From Candidatus Micrarchaeota archaeon (GTDB taxonomy: Archaea > Micrarchaeota > Micrarchaeia > Micrarchaeales > CABMGC01): a stretch of DNA of 64,000 bases. The first letter of the stretch is position 1; each line of letters starts with the position of its first letter. Made by a program: the position numbers and the translations under genes. The DNA lies in the NCBI GenBank assembly GCA_021850625.1, contig JAJZLJ010000002.1, positions 15,830 through 79,829 of the forward strand, written 5' to 3'. This document shows positions 58,560 through 64,000 of the stretch, one piece after another. The notes under the pieces are model-generated. The model did not search any database. It had not been told where the DNA came from and saw only the letters and a program-made list of their open reading frames with translations.

Positions 58560-59811
58560 TGTTACTGAACTTTTTCTTATCTTTTCTGGTGTAGTGTTTC
58601 TAGGATTTATACTTAACTCACTTTTTTACAAATTACGAATATTAGTTACCTTGCCACTTATGATTATAGGAGTCTTAATAGGCCCTATATTTCATTTAAT
58701 CGTGCCTCAAGGAAGCAGCGTTCTTCTTGATATATCTTCTTTGGTTAGTGCAATAGCCATAGCATTCATACTTTTTGATGTTGGACTAAGGATAGATATT
58801 TCAGAGCTAGAGCTCTTTAAATCTATAAGATTCTTCCTTCCATTGGCCATAGTTACAGGAATACTTCTCGGAATAGTAATAGGATTACTTACCGGATGGA
58901 ATCCCATCTTATCATTCATAATAGGATTCGCGCTTGCAGGACCTAGTTCTGCAATATTTCCAACATTAAGTAGAATAGCCAGAATAAATACAAGATTGAA
59001 AAATCTACTGGTTTTTGAAAGTGTTGCTTCTGATTCGGTGCAGCTTATAATACCGTTAATACTTATCTCCTTGCTTGAGACAAACACCTTCTCCGCATAT
59101 GGAATAGCATCAAGCATCTTCTATTTTTTTGTTCTTTCAACTATATTGGGGATAGTCCTTGCCTTTTTCTGGACCTTTATACTACAGATATTTCACGAGT
59201 ATAGCAAGGAGTATTCATGGATGCTTACCATTACATTGGTCATAGCAAGTTATGGTATTGCCCAATTTCTTGGATTAAACGGTGCGGTAGCTGTCTTCGT
59301 ATTTGGAATAATATTTTCAAATCTTCCTAAGCTTTTCAAGAACTTTGATAAATATTTTTACGATGTAAGACCAGAATTTAGTCATATAACAGATTATCAA
59401 AAGGAGATAACATTTTTCATAAGCACCTTCTTTTTTGTATATATTGGTGCTATTTTAAGTTTTAACACTGGAGAGCTTTCCTTAAGTTATATAATAGAAA
59501 TTGGGATAATATTGTCTCTTATAATACTTGCAATAAGAAGATTATCTATGCCGGTACTTGAAGAGTTCTTTACTAATAAAGGGAAGAAAAGCAGTGAACG
59601 TATACTCTCAACCTTTGACATTGCAAGAGGGCTCTCTCCAATAATCATAGCGTTGCTCTTAGCATCAAGTACTATATCAATAGATGTTGCAGCGGTTCTT
59701 GGATTGATATTTATAACTGTATTTATAACCAATGTAATAGAGTCTATAGGTATTTTCTTTTATGCTGGAGCTGCAAATAGAGAAAAGAAAAATCAAGAAC
59801 TTCAAGCCTGA
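58552..59811 (+). CDS. Cation/H+ antiporter (CPA1, NhaP-like)
   Basis: ILFDVGL, LVFESVASD, FFVYIG, RGL; ~12 TMs. Confidence 0.88.
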   Translation: MLNVTELFLIFSGVVFLGFILNSLFYKLRILVTLPLMIIGVLIGPIFHLIVPQGSSVLLDISSLVSAIAIAFILFDVGLRIDISELELFKSIRFFLPLAIVTGILLGIVIGLLTGWNPILSFIIGFALAGPSSAIFPTLSRIARINTRLKNLLVFESVASDSVQLIIPLILISLLETNTFSAYGIASSIFYFFVLSTILGIVLAFFWTFILQIFHEYSKEYSWMLTITLVIASYGIAQFLGLNGAVAVFVFGIIFSNLPKLFKNFDKYFYDVRPEFSHITDYQKEITFFISTFFFVYIGAILSFNTGELSLSYIIEIGIILSLIILAIRRLSMPVLEEFFTNKGKKSSERILSTFDIARGLSPIIIALLLASSTISIDVAAVLGLIFITVFITNVIESIGIFFYAGAANREKKNQELQA

Positions 59812-59910
59812 TATCCTCTCATGACTAAAGGTAACGCTTGTAATTTTTATATTTTTATCTAATTTTTATATATTTTTATTTTTTATCAAAATGTACTTTT
59901 CAAAAATAAG

Positions 59911-60324
59911 CTATAACTTCTTTTTATATAAATATACTGAAAGTATGAAAAGAGTAATTGTTATCAAATGAACCGCAGTACAGTACTCGCATATGTTTCC
60001 AACCATATATTCCGAATAAAGAAAATATACAATGCCTATAACTCCGATTCCGTTTAAAAATACCTTGGCAAAGATATCTTTAATAAAATAAAGAACAATT
60101 AATTCAGCTATAAAAAATGCTATGCCATATACGGCAACTGGTATTCCAAAAATATATCCATATGGACTGTTAATTACGTTATTGCAGTTTATCAGTCCGG
60201 ATGTAGAACATGCAAGAGGCACTCCCAAAAAGTGATATGTAGTAAGATATATTGAAATGAGCAATCCAAGTATGGCAAGTATGACCATTGCCCCTTTTTT
60301 GCTCTTTAATTTTATCTTATTCAT
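59911..60324 (-). CDS. Vitamin K epoxide reductase (VKOR) family protein
   Basis: C.......C..V..S.Y..IFGIPVA..G, ICEYC..VH. Confidence 0.92.
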   Translation of the reverse strand: MNKIKLKSKKGAMVILAILGLLISIYLTTYHFLGVPLACSTSGLINCNNVINSPYGYIFGIPVAVYGIAFFIAELIVLYFIKDIFAKVFLNGIGVIGIVYFLYSEYMVGNICEYCTAVHLITITLFILSVYLYKKKL

Positions 60325-61181
60325 TATGACAATCTCTCTATATTTTTAACATACTGCTGTGAACAGACGTTGCTTGGTGTATTATTATCTGCTTCGCAAA
60401 TCTTTGTTGTGATAAGATTGGCTGATCCTATTATAGACTGTGATTGTATTGTGGAACTGTTATAAATATCTGAGATTACAGTACTCCAGTTAAGAGTATC
60501 CAGAACTGTTAAAGGATCATATGTTGCTCCGATTAATGCGCTTGTATTTGCAAATAATATAAATGGAATACTGCCCTGGCCGTCGTATTGCGACTGCAGA
60601 GCTTCCTCAGCGGGGGTTGGAGTTTGTAGGGGTTTATAACTATTTCCTGATGGCTGGTTTGTTGTTTGCTCAACACCCACAAATGAGATATAATTGCTCG
60701 TATAAGTAGAGTTATAAAATGTAAAGGTAGGAGTTGATGGGGAATAATCGCTTGCGGAGGATGTCATATAATGAAGATTTGAGAAGTTGCCAAATCTTGA
60801 TAGTGCGATTACAAATGCCCATCGCATAGCTGCACAGTATGGACAGTAATCTGCACCTAAATACAAAATCTCTGGTTTTCCATTAAGCATAAGTATAGTA
60901 GTGTTTTTTATTGGAATTAGTCCGGAATATGAAGCAGTTCCGATTCCTATTTGATTATTCAAAGAATTAGGAGTATTAAGTTTTAGTAAAACAGACTGTG
61001 GAACTTGTATATTATCATATGAAATCTCTGTTTTTGTTGTGGCTGAATTATTTGAAAATGTAAATATGGCAAGTAAGCCTACCACAATTAAGACAGCAAG
61101 AAGTATTGCATATATCAATATACGTTTCGTACCTTTGTCATTCGAATTAGCTTTTTGTGAAACTTCAGTTTGTTGTTCCAT
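60324..61181 (-). CDS. DUF929-like membrane-anchored thioredoxin-fold protein
   Basis: [13 protein letters not shown]...ALSRFG.F, PTFTF, SIPF; overlaps the VKOR start. Confidence 0.82.
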   Translation of the reverse strand: MEQQTEVSQKANSNDKGTKRILIYAILLAVLIVVGLLAIFTFSNNSATTKTEISYDNIQVPQSVLLKLNTPNSLNNQIGIGTASYSGLIPIKNTTILMLNGKPEILYLGADYCPYCAAMRWAFVIALSRFGNFSNLHYMTSSASDYSPSTPTFTFYNSTYTSNYISFVGVEQTTNQPSGNSYKPLQTPTPAEEALQSQYDGQGSIPFILFANTSALIGATYDPLTVLDTLNWSTVISDIYNSSTIQSQSIIGSANLITTKICEADNNTPSNVCSQQYVKNIERLS

Positions 61182-61305
61182 TTTATCAACAATATTATAA
61201 CTTATTTTTATTAATCATAAAATAATATTTATAATTTGAAATATTACAATAATTAATCAAATATATATTCTCATAACTATTTATAATACTTCTTATAAAT
61301 ATAAA

Positions 61306-62724
61306 TTACAAGTCTTTATCTTTTAATTCTTTAATTATTATCTTAATAATTGTTGTTTTATCTGAGACTTCTGATAATTTTATGCTTGCAGCTGAGTCAT
61401 GCCCTCCTCCAGCTTCAACATCATCTTCATAGTTTAGCTTGAGATTTGCTATTATTCCCAGAATGTTTACTTTGGTTGCTATTTTTTTATCTATGCGAAT
61501 AGAGATATAGACTCCGAAATGCAAAAGAAGTATACATGGAATACTGTTTTTTAATGTTAGTCCATCAAGAAGCTTTGATGAAAATCTACCTGGAAGAGGA
61601 TACCTACTCTCTCTATTTCTAAATAAAGAGAAATCAGAAACATAAATGTTAAAGCTTTTTGATTTATAAAGTTTTATTTTTTTAATAGCGCCATCTACTG
61701 TTTCGTCCATCTTGGCCTTTGCAAAATTTACAAGAGAATCGTATCTCTTTTTGTCATTGACTAGCTCATGCAGTTCTAGAGGTGTTATATTTTTTGAGCC
61801 TGCGCCGGTTATACTTGGATCACTAGTTATCATATCTAAAAATGCAGATAGATCTGCACCAGGCTTTGAGGTATTTGCATATATGCTATAATCACCTATC
61901 AATGACGCATTTTCTATCTCTTTTAATTCTTTTCCTGAAAGCAAATATGCAAAGATGCAGCACAAAAGGCCAGCTGTAATGTTTGAATCTCCTCCAAAGT
62001 TCCATGGATTTATATAATTTGTTATTAATGAACCATCAAAACCTTCTTCAATTGGATGATGATCTAACCAGATCATATCAAAGTGTTCAGATGCTTTTTT
62101 TATAGCCTTTACGCTTTGTGATGAGGTTCCGAAATCTGCTATAAACAACAATGGTTTTTCAACGCATGAATATGAAGAGATATGAGTTATATCGTATATT
62201 GCATCTCCTAGTTCATATACGACTGTTTTCTGCATTAACCAGAGTATATTAGGCGTGTATTTTATATTAAAAGCATCTAAGATTGAAATAATTCCCAAAT
62301 ATAATGCATATGCCGATGAGGAGCCGTCTGCATCGTTATGAAACCGCATTATTATTGGAGAACCCATTATTAATTTTTTAATAAGGAGTTTTGCTGCGTT
62401 AATTAAGTGAGGGGTGAATTTTGATATAGCTAAATCAATCTCTTTTATGGTATTTGGATATTCTCGTTCAATGAAATAAGAGGAGATGGTAGTTTCATAT
62501 ATTTCAGCTAATTCCTTTGAAAGATTATCGTTAGATGTTTTTTTTATTATTTCATTATTTGAATCAAGGCTAATGTGATCGCCAAGCGTTATTAGAGCTT
62601 TTGTTTCTAATTCATGAAAAGTAGGTTTACCATTGTTAAGACTAGCTAACGTGTATCTTTTTGTATTGCTTATAGATTTGAAACGAGTTATTATACCTTC
62701 CACACCGCCACCTATTGTTATCAT
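61306..62724 (-). CDS. DHH/RecJ-like phosphoesterase
   Basis: HNDADG, ADFG, LDHH, INP, GGGH..AA. Confidence 0.85.
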   Translation of the reverse strand: MITIGGGVEGIITRFKSISNTKRYTLASLNNGKPTFHELETKALITLGDHISLDSNNEIIKKTSNDNLSKELAEIYETTISSYFIEREYPNTIKEIDLAISKFTPHLINAAKLLIKKLIMGSPIIMRFHNDADGSSSAYALYLGIISILDAFNIKYTPNILWLMQKTVVYELGDAIYDITHISSYSCVEKPLLFIADFGTSSQSVKAIKKASEHFDMIWLDHHPIEEGFDGSLITNYINPWNFGGDSNITAGLLCCIFAYLLSGKELKEIENASLIGDYSIYANTSKPGADLSAFLDMITSDPSITGAGSKNITPLELHELVNDKKRYDSLVNFAKAKMDETVDGAIKKIKLYKSKSFNIYVSDFSLFRNRESRYPLPGRFSSKLLDGLTLKNSIPCILLLHFGVYISIRIDKKIATKVNILGIIANLKLNYEDDVEAGGGHDSAASIKLSEVSDKTTIIKIIIKELKDKDL

Positions 62725-63899
62725 GAAGTGTTTTGTGTTATTGCAGAAACGCAGGCGCTATTTTCGCTTGCGTTTAAAATGTAAGAACAATAATTAGTAT
62801 CGTTATATGCCTTTGCTATTATATAATAGCATTGGTATTTTACCGTTAAATTTGAATTAGGACATGAGGTAATATTCTTTTCTGCAACGGATTTTATTAT
62901 TGACTGTATGTTTGAGCAGTATGCATTGTTTCCATTAGAGTAATTTGCACAGCTTTGCCCTATAATTGAAAAGTTGAATTTAGTTAGATTTAGTAGAGTT
63001 TTATTTTGAGATATAGTTTTATTTGAGATATTATTTTCTGTGTTATTTGATTTGAATAAAGAGGTGCACATACTTGAGATTGTTTGATTTTGTATCTTTG
63101 CGCAATAAGTAGTATTTCCAGAGGTGGTAATTGCTGCAAAATAACAGATATCACTAGGACTATAAGTAGTGTTTTGTATTGATTCTAGGTAACTTATTGG
63201 GGAAATTAAATTAAAATTAATGGAGTTGTTAGTGTTTGGCAGCAGAGTTATTTGAGAATCAGTTAATATTTTACTTGAAATTGTTTTATTTGCAACGGTG
63301 CTCATATCTTTACAGTATGATATATTTCCAGTTTTTAATGCAAGATTTATATTTAATGATTCATTACATAATGAAGAGGCATTTGTATTATTCGTAGAAT
63401 AACATGCCAGCGTATTGTTGTCTTTAATCGCAACTAATGAAAGGCAGTAATCAAGATCGCTAGCATTTAAATCAAGGCAAACGCTGCCGGAATTTGATGT
63501 ATATGCTATATAATTTGTACAGTCTGACACGTATGAAGAACCAGATGCTACGCATAAAGATTCATTTAAAGTTTTTTCAGCTATATAACTTGTACATTGA
63601 CCTTGAAGAGAAGATGGAAGATAATTACATAATGATGGTGCACTCTGATTCTCTGCGGTTAAAAGTATGCAGTTATTCTTATAAGAAGATAAAATAATAT
63701 TATTGCAGTTTGTTATTGAATTCGAAGATGAGTAAGTATCGTTGCTTACAAATACAGTGAGTAGAATTACTAATATTAAAAGTACAGCTGCAGCTACAAA
63801 GTAAGCTTTGAGTTGGCTATGTCTTTTGACAAAATTCTCCCATATGTTTCCCAATTTACTTTCAGAATCCAGGTAATTACCAATTATTATTTTTAGCAT
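62721..63899 (-). CDS. Cys-rich repeat membrane-anchored protein
   Basis: N-terminal TM then many C-x(9-13)-C units; start may be CTG 63872. Confidence 0.72.
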   Translation of the reverse strand: MLKIIIGNYLDSESKLGNIWENFVKRHSQLKAYFVAAAVLLILVILLTVFVSNDTYSSSNSITNCNNIILSSYKNNCILLTAENQSAPSLCNYLPSSLQGQCTSYIAEKTLNESLCVASGSSYVSDCTNYIAYTSNSGSVCLDLNASDLDYCLSLVAIKDNNTLACYSTNNTNASSLCNESLNINLALKTGNISYCKDMSTVANKTISSKILTDSQITLLPNTNNSINFNLISPISYLESIQNTTYSPSDICYFAAITTSGNTTYCAKIQNQTISSMCTSLFKSNNTENNISNKTISQNKTLLNLTKFNFSIIGQSCANYSNGNNAYCSNIQSIIKSVAEKNITSCPNSNLTVKYQCYYIIAKAYNDTNYCSYILNASENSACVSAITQNTS

Positions 63900-63948
63900 A
63901 TATAGATATATTTATATGTTTTATTTGCAAAAGAGTATCGGTGCAAAT

Positions 63949-64000
63949 TTGGATAGAAGATTGGTAATAATAGGAGTAATATTGGTAATAGTAAGTTTTT
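63949..64000 (+). CDS. Start of a membrane/secreted protein (truncated by window)
   Basis: GGTG-5nt-TTG then MDRRLVIIGVILVIVSF, open to the edge. Confidence 0.5.
   Translation, partial: MDRRLVIIGVILVIVSF

Overview
AT-rich archaeal chromosome segment. The gene set (CarS, Nop5, aMBF1, FEN1, RpoE1/Spt4, Dph2, intron-containing tRNAs, GatCA) and the 'QSAMEYLMTYGWA' pilins suggest a DPANN archaeon, probably Micrarchaeota; this is inference. Housekeeping genes (GlyRS, AlaRS, GluRS, ProRS, uL16, SOD, Hef-like helicase) alternate with accessory surface-protein regions. Four tRNAs are present: Gly-GCC, Gln-TTG, Trp-CCA with intron and Phe-GAA with intron. Main observations: (1) a same-strand cluster at 43089-51697 that looks like a non-type-IV, donor-strand-type fimbrial/WxL-like system (anchor, MinD ATPase, giant DUF2341-like adhesin, small subunit sharing the adhesin's C-terminal domain, membrane chaperone-like protein); (2) modular class III pilins carrying different C-terminal payloads; (3) two intergenic box C/D sRNAs missed by the ORF track, plus a degenerate C/D guide in the tRNA-Trp intron; (4) probable ATA/CTG start codons; (5) an orphan IS200/IS605/IS607-type right end; (6) a structured leader between an Lrp and a stand-alone Lrp ligand-binding domain. 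No database searches were run. Family names come from recognised motifs, and several starts were adjusted by eye using the SD spacing.
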